Shown piece after piece: positions 11,296-24,649 of a stretch of DNA of 64,000 nt (positions are counted from its first letter, which is position 1; each line of letters starts with the position of its first letter). The stretch is from Mobula hypostoma (lineage: Eukaryota), in NCBI RefSeq assembly GCF_963921235.1, contig NC_086108.1, positions 95,916,001-95,980,000 of the forward strand, written 5' to 3'. Made by a program: the position numbers and the translations under genes. The notes below the pieces were generated by a model, which was not told the origin of the DNA, ran no database searches, and saw only the letters and a program-made list of their open reading frames with translations.

Positions 11296-13534
11296 TATTA
11301 ACATTGTGAGAAATAGATGTAGAGTGTAATACTGATAATGTGGCTATAAAAAAATTACTACCCTCACTCTCTCACCTGTTGTAACTTGGCCAAGTCAAGC
11401 CAAGTCTTGCTCATTTTCATTCTTCAAGCTTCGTTCAAGCAGTGTATCAGTGTGGAAAAGTATTGATTTGTCCACTAAAGGAATATAATTACTTCTAATT
11501 GGTACTTATGATGCAACACAAGTTTATTTGTTTGTAGGATGTGGACAGCAGTGCCAAAGTCTTCATTTTTGTTGTCCATGCCTAATTACCCTGGAAATGA
11601 GACGACATTTAATAGTCAACTACACCGATGTCACATAATGGGAAGGGATGGTAAAAATATTTTGCTGATTGTTTCGTTCCCCATAATAAGCCAGCCACCA
11701 AGTGGGGTTTTAACTCGTGTGTTTGATCAATAGCTCAGAACTCTGGCTACTGGTCTATGCAATTGTAGCCAAGTTAATTTATCCAAAGTAAGCAGGTCCA
11801 GAATAAATAAAACTGCCCTAATGCATGTACAGCAAACCTTTAGCAAAATTTCCATTTAAAAAAAAATGCAGCACTAAACTAATTTCTGTTTGTAATGACT
11901 GAAGATCACAAAATAGGGAAAAGACTTGGACAAGTTTTCCAATTTTTCATTAATTTAATTTTTATTCTCCCCATTAAATAGCAAACTTGCCAAGTTAGAA
12001 CCAACTATTTCTCTAGCTACAGCTTGACCTGTTGACCATTTCCATTATTTTCTATTTTACTATAAGTAGGTGAGGCTAAAGACTAGCAAGACCACATTCC
12101 TCATCAGGTTCAACATAAACTTGCAGGGGTTGTCATACAACCTTTCAATAAGACTGTCCCTGGTCATATGACACCACTTTATAGGATATCGATTACTTGG
12201 ACTCCACGTGTCCCAGCACAAGTGTTGCCTGCATCCAACCATTCTAGGATTGAGATTGGCATATATACTACAGGTTCTGGAATGGAATTAATTTAAGTAG
12301 TCGATTAGATTAGCTTTATTTGCCCAGTGTGGATCAAAACTTACAGTGAAATGCATCACTTGCATCGGGGATGTGCTGGGGCAGCCATCAAGTGTCATCA
12401 AGCTTCTGGCATCAACGTAGCTCTTCACAATTTACTCACCCTAACCCAGGGGATCCCAACCTTTTCACACCATAGATCATACCATTAAGCAAAGGTCTGT
12501 GGACCCCAGGTTTGGAATGCCTGCCCAAACTTGTCTGTCTTTGGAACATGGGAGGAAACCAGAGCACCTGGAGGAAACCCACACGGAGAACATACAAACT
12601 CCTTATAGGCAACGGCAGACATTGAACGCTGATCTTATAACTGGTGCACTGTAAAGCATTGTGCTAAGCACTACACTAGCATGCTGGCCAAATATAGTCA
12701 TGTATGTTAGTTCCATTTCACTGGAAAGCTTGAAGGTGAGGAGCAGCATTGCAGTGAGAAAGCATGGAAAGGTCAACACCAATCTTTCTCAGCATTGCTG
12801 TTGTCCCTGCTGTGGGCCACTGGTTAGGATCATGGCTTGCATGATGAATTTCTGTGGTTACCAAGTTTGAGCAGGGTATTTTATTGCACCTTCTGGCTAA
12901 CAGAGTCAGAACATTTAATGAGCTTGAACGTGGCCACGTATAGTGGTTGCTACTGCTCTCTGCATTCTGCATTTCTCATCTCAATTGTTGCTAAGTGAGC
13001 AGAATTCACACTGGCACCCCACTTCCCATCTCCTAGTGGTCAAGAGTGCGAGGCTGGAGCAGGCAGGTTGCAGTGGGATGGAATCAAGTAAGTTCAAAAT
13101 GAACAAAGGGAAGATTGAGGACATTTTGTTTCTTCCAGCTGATGCTGAGTCTCTTTTTGTCCTTGAGGATTTCAGTATTTTTTTAAAACCTACATATAGA
13201 CATGAATAATGTCTTTATTATTCCTTGTGAAGTGGTTGAGTCACTGCTTTGTATTCCACTTCATCTTCTATCCATCGTCATTCCAATTTAAACTCCACAG
13301 TGAGAAATCACTACTTCAAATTTCTCCTGCCTGTTCTGCAATATTAGCTTTACCACCTTGCATCAACCATTTTCAAACAAATCTCAACAGTGCAAAATAA
13401 ATATTCTAGTTCTAAAAGTTTGCAGAGTAATGTTAAATATCAGTCAAGTACCTGGTTTCAGAGTAAGACTATATTGACACTAACTACATGCTAAAACTAT
13501 ATGGCAGCATAGTGGCCTACGTAATGCTTTACTG

Positions 13535-15776
13535 TAGGGGTCGCCAACCTGTCGATCGTGATCGACTGGTTGATCTTTGAGACTTTCCCAGTAGATCCCG
13601 AAGAAAAATCAAAAATAAATACACAAATACTGTTGTAATGTGAGCATTATAAAAGTAATACTAATTAGGATAATGGTAATATAGCAATATTTTCGCTAAA
13701 AAGCTGTTTGTAAAGAGAGATTGTTTCCGGGTTGCAGGGGTTTAGTTCCGTTCTTTCTGCCCAGTGAGCATGTGTGTAGTTTCCCAGCCAGGCACCGCAT
13801 TTTCAGCATAGCTTGTGCTGCATCAAAGTGACCAATCAGATTAGATAAGAGTACAGACTGTCGCAAACATCAATATACAGCAGTGTCCCCAACCTCCGGG
13901 CCGCGAAGCATGCAGGGGTGCAGCGGTAGTCGGGATGCACCCAGCACATCTTTAAGAAATAAAGCCAAAATAAACAAGCTAATTAATTAGGTGCTGCCTG
14001 GCATGTAAATGTCGGCTCAGATCAGAGGCAACGCAATCGGCAATCGCTCATGATATCCTGATAGCATAGCAGAGGCTCCACGAAAGAAGGCGAAAACATA
14101 CCGATTCCATCCAGAATGGGAAGAGGAATTTCTGTTTTCCTTGGTGAAAGACAAGTGTGTATGTATGTTGTGCCACCAAACACAAGCGCTGACTAAAAGA
14201 GGGAATCTGGAGTGGCACCACAACACCAACCACCAGGAATTTAAAGACACCTACCCCCCAAAGAGCGTAATTCGTGCCTGGAAAGTTGAGCTGAAATCGG
14301 GGTTGAAGGCCCAGCAATCATTTTCCACAAAACATGCTGCTCAAGTCTGCTAATGAAGCATCATTTCATGTAACTTACCTTTTGGCTAAACACAAGAAGC
14401 CTTTTACAGATGGCGATTTATTCAAGGAAGCAATGGTCATTACCTCAGAGACTGTTTTAATGACTTTAAAAACAAAAACGGCATCACAACCGCAATATGT
14501 AATATACTTCTTGGTCCTGCAACAGTGACAAGGAGGGTAGAGTCACCGTCAGAGGACGTGAATATTCTTCACTACAGTTCGATGAATCCCTGGATGTAAT
14601 GCAAACAGCTCACCATGTTGTATTTGTCAGAATGGCTTTGCAGGATTTTACAACAAAGGAGGACTTCTCACTCTTTTGCAATTAAAGGAAAGAACGAGAG
14701 GTAAGGATATTTACAATGAGTTTAAAAAAATATGTCCATGAAAGTGACATCAATTACTACTGATGGGGCCGAGCAATGTGTGGTGTGCGCGTTGGTTTTA
14801 TACCACTAAAAGTCAGTGCCTACTTCGGGTCAACTTATCTATGTGAAATTGCAATTTCACAGATGAAAATTATTAAATCTAAAGTACAGGAGCTGACTTA
14901 CTGACAGACACCTCACTAGGGTTGCCAACTTTCTCACTCCCAAATAAGGGACAAAAGTAGCAGTCAAATCCCGGGACATTTGTGTTTACCCTGACAAAGA
15001 CTACCATGACCATGAAGTCTTGCGCGGGCACCTGTGTGCGCACGCGTGATGTGCCGATTTTTTTTTTACCCCATGAATCGGTTTTGGCTTAATCTTCATT
15101 ATTTCTACTTTATATAGGCTGTGTATTTATCATATCATTCCTGCTTTTACTATCTGTTAGTGTTATTTTAGGTTTTATGTGTTATTTGATATGATTAGGT
15201 AGGTTTTTTTTGGGTCTGGGAATGCTCAAATTTTTTTTCCCATATAAATTAATGGTAATTGCTTCTTCGGCGTAAAGCATTTCGGCATGAAAGGTTTCAT
15301 AGGAACGCTCTACCTTAGCGGGGGAAATATGGGACAGTTGGCAACCCTACACCTCACAGACTGTCTCAGACTGGCTGTCTGTAGTTATGAGCCAAATTTC
15401 AGGGAACTAGCAGAAAGTATTCAACCCCAGTCATCACACTGAGTGCAACAGTCAATTTTTATTCATTTATTTTTCGTGTTGAAATAAAATTAAATAATGA
15501 AACTTCGAATTAAAGGTGTGAAGTATTGTAATATTCTTAAAGAAAGACAGCTATGGCCTGTTTGATATGCTAGTTACAGTGCTTTCTTGTTTGAATTAAT
15601 TTGAAAGTTTGACAAAAGTATTTTGTGTAATTCAAATACAGTTCACCCAAATAAAAGGCCTCAAATTGGAAGTACAATCTGAGCTGTTTCTTCTCTAAAC
15701 AATTTAGTAGGTAGATCTTGCCTTTCACTGAGGTCGAGGTAGGGGATCTTGGGCTTAAAAAGGTTGGTGACCACTA
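13535..15776 (+). mobile_element. Internally deleted hAT transposon (Buster/Charlie/SPIN-like, GTF2IRD2-type transposase remnants)
   Basis: TIRs taggggtcgccaacct / aggttggtgaccacta; 8-bp TSD ctttactg (13527-34) / ctttacag (15777-84). Remnant peptides: FHPEWEEEFLF..DKCVCMLC..NLEWHH..NH (BED-like finger), LLAKHKKPFTDGDLFKEAM, and C-terminal LTDRHLTDCLRLAV..YEPNFRELA..QSSH*. Confidence 0.88.
14917..15349. mobile_element. hAT MITE nested in the hAT transposase gene
   Basis: Perfect 14-bp TIR tagggttgccaact / agttggcaacccta and perfect 8-bp TSD cacctcac (14909-16, 15350-57). Confidence 0.92.
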
Positions 15777-16164
15777 CTTTACAGCACCAGCAATCAGGGT
15801 TTGTAAGGAGATTGTGTGTTCTCCCTGTGACTGAGTGAGCTTCCTCCAGTTTCCAAATGAGAAAGGCTGTAGATGCTGGAAATCCAAGCAACACACAAAA
15901 TGCTGAAGTATATTTTATGTATTGCACTATACTGCTGCCACAAAACAACAAATTTCACTGCATACGTCAGTGATAATAAACCTGATTCTGATGGGTTACC
16001 GAGTTGAGGGAGACTGTTTCTACCCCAGAGCAGACACCAGCCATGGAAGCCACACAAAAAGGTATGTATAGTCAATGAGGAGTTTGAGTTTTGTAAACTT
16101 CAGCTATTGGTCTACAGAGTTGGACTCAGGAAAATATACCATCAACATTTTTGTTAAATCAAAA

Positions 16165-16585
16165 AGTCACTGGTAGGTGGGGAGGGGAGAGAAGGAGTTG
16201 GAGGATGATAGGTGAAACCAGGTGAGGGGGAAGGTAGGTGAGTGGGGGGGGGAGGAGGAGGATGAAGTGAGAAGCTGGGAAGTGACTGGTGGAAAAGGTA
16301 AAGGGCTGAAGTAGAAGGAACCCAACAGGAGAGGAGAGTGGAACATGAGAGAACAGGAAGGAGGTGGAGGGGAACCAGAGGGAGCTAATAAGGTGGTGAG
16401 GAAAAGAGAACAAGTAAGAGGGAGTCAAAATATGGAATGGGAAAAGAGAAAAGGAGGAGTGGAGACAAATTGCCAAAAGTTAGAAAAAAAAAATCGATAC
16501 TCGTGCTATCAGCTGGCTACTTAAATGGAAAGAGGTGTTGCTCCCCCTCATGAAATTGAGTTCCTCCAGCACCTTCTGTGTGCAG
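16165..16585 (-). mobile_element. Penelope-derived repeat, reverse orientation
   Basis: Purine-rich reverse complement of the body seen at 1700-2495 and 34910-35400. Confidence 0.6.
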
Positions 16586-16679
16586 TCTTAAACTGTCTCA
16601 CTTAAAGGCAGCAGCAAGGATTATATAATCAAGTAATAATCAGACATATTGAATGCAAAACTTCCAAGTTGTTGCTACC

Positions 16680-18367
16680 GTTTATTGCAAAGTAATGGTA
16701 ACAAATAATTCAATAATGCAAATAGAAAAAAATTCTGGAGATACTGAACAGGTCAGGCAGCATCTGTGGGGAAAGGAACAGAATTAGCATTTCAAGTCAA
16801 TGATCTCTAATCACGATGACTTCAGAACATCAACTTGAAATATCAACTCTTCCTTTCTCTACAGATTTGATCTAATTTGCAGTATTTTGTTTTTCCAGAT
16901 CTGTCATCTACAGTTGTTTAAGAACTTAATAATTGAGCAATAATTTACATTGCAAAGGAAAACTGGAACCTAATTGGAATGAAAGTAAGATAGACACAAG
17001 TACACCATTACCCTTGCATTGGACTCATTAAAGAAACCTATTGGGAAATTTGAGACCAAACAAATGATCAGTTTATCTTTAAAGTTAACAGTGATGATTT
17101 CAATGCTTGGTTCCACAATGAAATACAAAAAAAAAATCACGTACAATATTTGCGAAATTATCAAATTTAGGAAGTTTTATTTATCATATACCTTGATCAA
17201 ATTCAGAGCAAATCTGAGATCACAAAACATCAAACTGCACTAACTACACCATGTTCTTACTAAACCAAAATGATTAACTTGAAAAAACACAACAGACCTA
17301 AAGCACATGAACTGACAGAACGACAAGAATCATTCAGTCATTGCAAAGATGATTACAAAAAAAATGACTTGGTTTGACTCATATTCTAAAATTATCCACA
17401 CATATACAAAACTATAGCCCATTATATTCACTGAAATGACAGGTGCAGACTAAATGCACCCACTTAACACAAATACTGCAAATTAGAAGCAATGCTGTTC
17501 AAGGATAACCAGACTTGGAAAGGGCATTGCAATGAAAGGGACATGGAGAAGAAAAATATATTAACATTTTTGAAAAAAAACATACTGAAACACTGCACCT
17601 TGAACTGAGGTTCCTACCATATTACTGCACAGAGTGTAATTAGCTCTTCAGTGGTCAAATGTTCTTTGTGCAAATGCTAGCAATTGCAAACAAGCTGTCA
17701 ATAAAACTAAGAAGTTACAAACTGGAAGCACAAAACTAATTACAGAAATATTTGGAACTGATTCATAGAAAGTTTAAACACATTTTAAATGTCAGCTTTC
17801 AAGTATGAAATAAACCTTCATATTTATTAATTCTAGAAATGCCATCAAAATGTTTGGGTAGAGAAAAATTATACCGTTACATCTTTGCACCAACATTTGA
17901 AAAGTCTGATTTATCCTTAAGATAAATTTAATGTTATTCCTTTTCTTTACATTTATTTTCCAATAGCAGTGAAAGAAATCATGTTACTGTAGTAAACTGA
18001 CTTCAGTATAGCTAAGTCTCAAAGGTTTTATTAGAGCAGTAAGCTGTAGAGTTATTGATTATATTTTCATTTCAAAACTTATCATCCAGTTATTTTTAAA
18101 TATACAACATACCACTTAAAAAATTCTGATTTACTAATGGAATCTGCACAATGTATTTCATGTATCTGAAAAACAATGGCAAGGTATTAAGTTCTGTATC
18201 AATGCATATTCTTCAATCTCAGAACATTCACGTCTTGGGAGATCAAACTATAGCGGTTTGGTATTTATCATTCTGGTGTCCATAATATACTTGAAGACTC
18301 AAAACTCTAAAGTAGTCAGTTCCAATTGTTTCAACCATGAAGAAAGATGAAATCATTGCCAAAATTT
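16680..18367 (-). other. Probable BRDT 3' UTR; the end is undetermined
   Basis: AT-rich, largely repeat-free stretch after the stop codon. Several minus-strand AATAAA candidates (tttatt on + near 18028, 17952, 17823, 17177, 16681). Confidence 0.4.
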
Positions 18368-18436
18368 CTAATACAGATTTTCTTCAAAAGTTGACATTAT
18401 ATCACTCTGTAAATTCATGTCAATAGTTGTTGCCAT
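18368..18436 (-). CDS. BRDT: BET-family gene, last coding exon (C-terminal motif)
   Basis: Acceptor ...ctctcttcag|ATG, then MATTIDMNLQSDIMSTFEENLY*(TAG). This resembles the BRD4/BRDT P-TEFb-binding C-terminal motif. BRDT is preferred because of adjacency to EPHX4 and the short region lacking poly-Q/P tracts. Confidence 0.9.
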   Translation of the reverse strand: MATTIDMNLQSDIMSTFEENLY

Positions 18437-19031
18437 CTGAAGAGAGATGGAAATGCACTTTTGAACAACATTCTTCTTCAACGAATCAAATTCCTAAATT
18501 CCCCAAGGTGAGAAAACACTTCCAAGTAGAAAGTTGTTCTCTTTAAAGCAAATAAACTCCTGGGGGTGGGAAGAGGGGTTGAACTGGATAAATGTGAAAC
18601 TGCAAACAATACAAAATTCAGCTTGAATTTCCAAACAATCACTTACATTTAAAACTCTTGAGAAAAGAAATATTTTGCATTGTTTTCAAAGTCACATATA
18701 TTATGACATTATTTTAATGACATTAGGGTTTTAATGATATTAGACTGACCAGATTTTAATCATATGCTTTCCTTCTGTAAAAATAAAATTGCTCCATATT
18801 TTAAGTAGCAAAACCAGGATTAAACAAGATAGAACGAAAAACAATTTTTAAAAGGCATGTATTATTATATCCATTATCCCAAGAGAGTTAATCAGTTTGG
18901 TTTTATGGGACAGTTCCTGAAAGTTTATCTAAATGCTAAAGGTAGATAGATATTCAAAGTTATGGAGAACTGAATATGATCCATTATTACGGTTTAAAAG
19001 TTGAGGGCTAACGCAGCGTGACAATGTTAAA

Positions 19032-20270
19032 AGACCATAAGACATAGGAGCAGGATTTGGCCATTCAGCTCATCAAGTCTGCTGTTCCATTCCATCATGG
19101 GTGAAACTGGATCCCACTCAACCCTATACCTTCTCACCATATACTTTGATGCCCTGACCAATTATCAACTTCCGCCTTAGATATACTCACATACTCCTCC
19201 ACTGCAGTTTGTGGCAGAGCATTCCACAGATTCGCTACTCTCTGGCTAAAAAAATTCCTCCTCACCTCTGTTCTAAAGGGTCAACCCTCAATTTTGAGGC
19301 TGTGCTCTCTAGTTCTGGATACCCCCACCATAGGAAACATCCTCTTCACATCCACCCTATCTAGTTCTTTCAATGTTCAGTAGGTTTCAAAGAGATCCTC
19401 CTGCATTCTTCTAAACTCCAGTGAGTACAGGCCCAAAGCTGCCAAAAGCTACTGATATGTGAAACCCTTCATTCCTGGAATCATCCTTGTGAACCCCTTC
19501 TGAACCCCCTCTCCAATGACAACACATCCTTTCTGAGATATGGGGCCCAAAAACTGTTGACGATATTCCAAGTGAGGCCTGACTAGCACCTTATAAAGGC
19601 TCAGCGTTATCTCCTTGCTTTTATATTCTATTCCCCTTGAAATAAATGCCAACATTGCATTTGCCTTCTTTACCTCAGACTCAACCTGCAAGTTAACCTT
19701 CTTGGAGTCTTGTACGAGGACTCTCCCCACTTAGATAATAGTCCACACTATCATTTCTTTTACCAAAATGTATTATCATACATTTCTCAACACTGTGTTT
19801 CATCTGTCACTTTTTTGCCCATTCTTCCAATTTGTCTAAGTCCTGCTGCAATCACAATGCTTCCTCAGCACTACCTAACCTACCATGATCATACTGAATG
19901 GCAGTGCAGGCTTGAAGGGCCGAATGGCCTACTCCTGCACCTATTTTCTATGTTTCTATTTTACCCTTCCACCTATCTTCATATCACCTGCAAAATTGCC
20001 ACAAAGAGGTCGATTCCATTATCTAAATTACTGAAAAACAATGTGAAAAACCCTAATACTGACCCCTGAGGAACACCGCTAGTCACCGGCAACCAACAAG
20101 AAAAGGCCCCTTTATTCTACTCGATCCTTCTGGCTTCTCAGCCATTCTGCTATCCATGCCGGTATCTTTCCCGTACAGCCATAGGATTTTATCTTGTTAA
20201 GCAACCTCATGTGTGGCACCTTATCAAACGCCTTCTGAAAATCCAAGTAAATGACATCCACTGCCTCTTT
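19032..20270 (-). mobile_element. Degenerate 5'-truncated CR1; contains an ~80-bp + strand CR1 3' tip at ~19883-19960
   Basis: ORFs 19449..19730 (VKKANAMLAFISRGIEYKS..LVRPHLEY) and 20112..20363 (LDFQKAFDKVPH), with tail agaccataagacatagg. Confidence 0.88.
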
Positions 20271-20780
20271 TGTCCTATATGTGTCATATATGAAAGGAAA
20301 TTCACAGCTGATAGAAAGCACTCTGGTGGGTATGGAAGCCAATACCTGGCAAAAAGTAAGCATTCTTCAAGGAAACCAAGATGATTAGAGCAATACAATT
20401 AATTTGAACCAACTGATCCCTTGTAATTTTGTGAGAGACACAAAATAAGCTATCAGAAATTGCCACTAGAGCAGAAACTGCCGATCTATAACTAAGAAAG
20501 GAAATATGGTTTTACATAAAACAAAAAGTTGGAAACATTTAGGTCAGGTAGCATCTGTGAAGATAGAAACAGATTTTAATGTTTCAGACTGAAGACTTAG
20601 CTTTGACAAACCCTAAAACATTTGTTTCTCCTTCTACAGATGCTGTCAGATCCTCCGAACATTTCCAGCATTTCCTCTCTTTTTAAATTCTACATTTCCA
20701 ACACCTGCAATTTTTATGACTTTCAAATTCAAGTTAATTTTGAAAGTGTTAGTTGGAATGAACAGTCTCGTGCTACTCAC

Positions 20781-20937
20781 TGCTTCCCTCCTCCTCCGCT
20801 CTTGCTCCAGTTTCCTGGCTAGCTTTCTGTCTTGCTGTGCTTTATGCTCAACATGCGTTTTCTGCTCAGCCACTTTTTCATAGGGCCCGCTCGGATCTCT
20901 TGGAGTAGATTCCAGAACAATTTCCTTCCCAGGTTCT
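20781..20937 (-). CDS. BRDT: BET-family gene, penultimate coding exon
   Basis: Acceptor gtgttgcag|A GAA CCT. Encodes (R)EPGKEIV...QDRKLARKLEQERRRREA, then donor GCA|gtgagt. Phase 2 in and phase 0 out fit both neighbours, and LARxxEQERRRREA is the BET signature. Confidence 0.9.
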
Positions 20938-21119
20938 CTGCAACACAAATATCCCTTCAATGTGATCGCATTAGAAACAGAAGAAGGTGACTCAGCCCTT
21001 CGGGTCTGTTCAATTAATGTGCTCAGACTATTCTCCATCACAAAATATTTTATTTTCCTGCTTTCAACTCACTCCCCCATCCCCTTACTGGTTTTTGCAT
21101 CTGGTAATCTATCCACCCC

Positions 21120-21700
21120 CTTCTTAAATATATTCATAAATTGACTTCCATGCTCTTCTGAAATAGCACAGGGTTATTTTCCCTGCAAATGAATAGGCCT
21201 CTCCTTACCTTAGTCATAAATATTTCGCCTCTTATCCCAAGACTGTGACCTAATGGTTAGACTTGACAGCCAGGGAAAACATCCTCCACACATCAAGTCT
21301 GTCTAGCCACATCATGATTTTTTATCCCCTGCATTTCATAATTTTATTCTTCTGAACTCCAGAGAACATTGGTTCAGTGAACTGAATCTTGAGTCATATA
21401 TAATTCTGCCATCCCAGGAATCTATCTGGTGAATCTTTCTCAGTATTCCCTCCGATAACAAGCATGTCCTTTCATATGCATGCAAACAGTACTGCAGGAG
21501 TGGCATCAGCAAAACTCTGTTTTATTTTAAACCAAACCATCTTTGCTTCTGCCCTCCAAACCTTTGGCATACCTTGCATACCACTAATATTTTCTCTTCA
21601 TGCTGCTTGCTACATTTGTAGGTTTGTTTGCAGTGACTTCTGCCAGGGCATCCATGTCCCTTTGTGTATCAACATTTCCCAATTAACTTATCACCAGCCT
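21120..21700 (-). mobile_element. Old, highly diverged CR1 3' fragment
   Basis: gccatcccaggaatctatctggtgaatctt and neighbouring blocks match the younger CR1 copies at 27540 and 41215. Confidence 0.6.
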
Positions 21701-22069
21701 TATTGCTTTTCACATTGATGTATATTGCGAGTAGATGGGCTGCAAGCACCAATTTTTGCAGAACCCCATGACCCTCAGAAATTCCTGTTTATTCCTATTC
21801 TCTGTATCCTATGCAGTTTTCAATCCACAGGAGCATGTTCTCCTCAGCCATGCAGTTCAGTTTTGTTTAGTTTTGTTTGAGTTTAGTTCCAATCTCTCAT
21901 GGAAACTTCTACATACATCTCATCTACTGGTCCTCTGACAATTCTACAGAGATAAAAGTCCAGGAAGCTTGTCTAACACAATTTCCCTTTCATAAATCCC
22001 CATTAATTGTCTCTACTTGACTGAAAGTTTTCTAGATGTCCTGTTATTATATTTTTGGAATAGACTCTG

Positions 22070-22400
22070 CCAAGATGAAGCTAGATACAGATTAGAGGAA
22101 CAACACCTCATATTCTTTTTTGATCTTCTCCAACCTGACAGCATACAGCATCAATTTCTCTAACTTCCAGTAACCACAGTGGCTGTTTGCATCACTCCCA
22201 ATTTGCTTCTCCCCCATCCACCTACCTACCCTCCCCCCTCACCTGGATCCATCCTCCACCCACTAGCTCATACTCCGTCCTTCTTCTGCCCTCTTTCCTT
22301 CTGTTGAAGAGTCTCAGCCCAAAACATTGACTGTTCATTCCCTCGATAGATGCTACCTGACTTGCTGAGTTCCTCTAGCATTTTGTTTGTTGCTTGGAAT
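22070..22400 (+). mobile_element. Penelope 3' fragment (GIY-YIG C-terminal remnant plus terminal repeat)
   Basis: Encodes DEARYRLEEQHLIF..LQPD, then the shared tail ctgttgaagagtctcagcccaaaacattgactg...gatgctacctgacttgctgagttcc. Confidence 0.65.
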
Positions 22401-22777
22401 AGGCCCCAGCATTTTTCTGTTACCTGAGTCATGCCTGTCACTGCCCATTTTCTCCCTTCCTCGTTTTTTTCCTTATACAATTAGTGGAATTACATTTGAC
22501 ACCTTCTAATCTACAGGAAATAGCTAGAGAATTTTCTAAATTGATAACAAGGGTACACATAATTGCCATAACTACTGAGGAAGCAGGTTCACAGGTTTGG
22601 CAAGTGAGACAGAAGACACTAATTTCAAATAAGTACATTAACCATTTACTTACAGACTAACAGTAAAACATTCAACCAGACATCCAAGTGAAACAACTAC
22701 TCATCTAAGCCACCCTAAGTTACAAAAACTACAGCACTGAACATTCAGTAACACTTCAATCTTAAGTACTTTGCTAA

Positions 22778-23312
22778 GTCTCCCCTAATCTGAGGAAAGA
22801 CATTCTTGCCATAGAGGGGGTACAAAGAAGGTTCACCAGATTGATTCCTGGGATGGCAGGACTTTCATATGATGAAAGACTAGATCGACCAGGCTTATAC
22901 TCACTGGAATTTAGAAGATTGAGGGGGGATCCGATTGAAACGTATAAAATTCTAAAGTGATTGGACAGGCTAGATGCAGGAAGATCGCTCCCGATGTTGG
23001 GGAAGTCCAGAACGAAGGGTCACAGTTTGAGGATAAAGGAGAAGCCTTTTAGGACCGAGATGAGGAAAAACATCTTCTCACAGAGAGTGGTGAACCTGTG
23101 GAATTCTCTGCCACAGGAAAGAGTTGAGGCCAGTTCATTGGCTATATTTAAGAGGGGGTTAGATAAGGCCCTTGTGGCTAAAGGGATCGGGGGTATGGAG
23201 AGAAGGCAGGTACAGGGTTCTGAGTTGGATGATCAGCCCTGATCGTACTGAATGGTGGTGCAGGCTCGATGGGCTGAATGGCCTACTCCTGCATCCATTT
23301 TCTATGTTTCTA
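22778..23312 (+). mobile_element. CR1 3'-end fragment, young subfamily
   Basis: Near-identical to the reverse complement of 27114-27625; tail ttctatgtttctat. Confidence 0.92.
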
Positions 23313-24649
23313 TTACATAACTATAAAACTAAACATTCAACAGATACTTAGCTAAGTGTACACCGGTGTTTCCTATAACAGCAGCACACGTTCCTAATGG
23401 CTCTTCAGCACTGGTTGCGACCTCAGTGTGAAGATGAGCACCTGGAGACAAAGGAAAGCCAACAAGTCTCTTGCATGTGCTGTTCTTATACCCCTGAGGC
23501 ACCTGGAACTCCAATGACATGGGCTTATGCAAGGCAACCAATGGGAAAGACCTGCTTCATCTCTCAAATGGGCCAATCAATGATTGGCATGGTAGAAGCG
23601 GCTTTTGACTGTCAAGTGAACTAACCTTTCACAGTACATTACCTCATTTGGTACCTCTGGGCTACAGATAATTGGGGACTTTTAAAAGCTTTCTTTTCAA
23701 TTAATCTCCAATATACTTATTGATATTTCTAATTCAATGATCGTATTCATTGAATTGTGTTCACTGATACTAATTTCCTTTAACAACTTCTTTCCAGTAC
23801 TAGGAATTTATCTGTGCCCTCTTTCTAGAAGCAGAAACAAACTAAGTATGCTATCACTTCTATGTTCCTATTGCAAATGCTCCCATTGCTTACAACAGGG
23901 GACCAATATTTGTGTTTATTAATCTTGTCTTTTTATTTGCGTAGAAACTTTTACAATCGACTCAAGTTATCTGCAAGTTCATTTTTGTTCCCTTCACCAA
24001 ACTCTACATTAAAATATTGACTATTAGAATTGCTTGTAAAGTAACAAGCATTGCTCAGACTCCAAATAACAATCTAATTTTGAAGTCACCGTAATATCAT
24101 AATCTTTTTTCCAAATAAAATGGATCTTAAATCTTGCATTATATTCACATGGTATTTCATATAGTGAGGGAACAGCTACAAGAGAATCCAGTTGCTAAAC
24201 CATGGCGCTGCACAAAAATCTGCATTTGAGACAGAAAGACCAGCTTTGCAAAAGTGCAATTAATAGTACGCATACTATGTAAATTTCATATTTCCTTCTA
24301 TCAATCAAGTTAGTGCTAATTTGCATTCCCCATTAAAAACCCATTCTCTCCAATACATCAACTTTCCTCCCTCCAGCCATATTTTTACTACCCACCTACA
24401 CAAGGAATAATTTACATCAGCCAATTAACATTAGCATGATAATGACATATGGGAGGAACCTGGAGCACCAAGGGGAAATCCACATAATCAAACGGAGAAC
24501 AAGCTCCAAACAGACAGCATCTGAGGTCAGAATCGAACCCAGACACGATAGCTCTGTAGTAAGCAGCACTAACTGCTGTGCTAACAATCCTGAACAGAGC
24601 ATGCAAAGAGAAACAGATTGTAGATAGATCGATATATATTATATATAAA

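Noticed and set aside
14066..14530. Domesticated GTF2IRD2/EPM2AIP1-like host gene
   Set aside because: It has frameshifts, stops and large deletions, and sits within intact TIRs and a TSD, so it is a dead transposon.
20646..21041. 131-aa track ORF as a standalone gene
   Set aside because: Only 20781-20937 is bounded by splice sites and is BET-like; the flanks are intronic.
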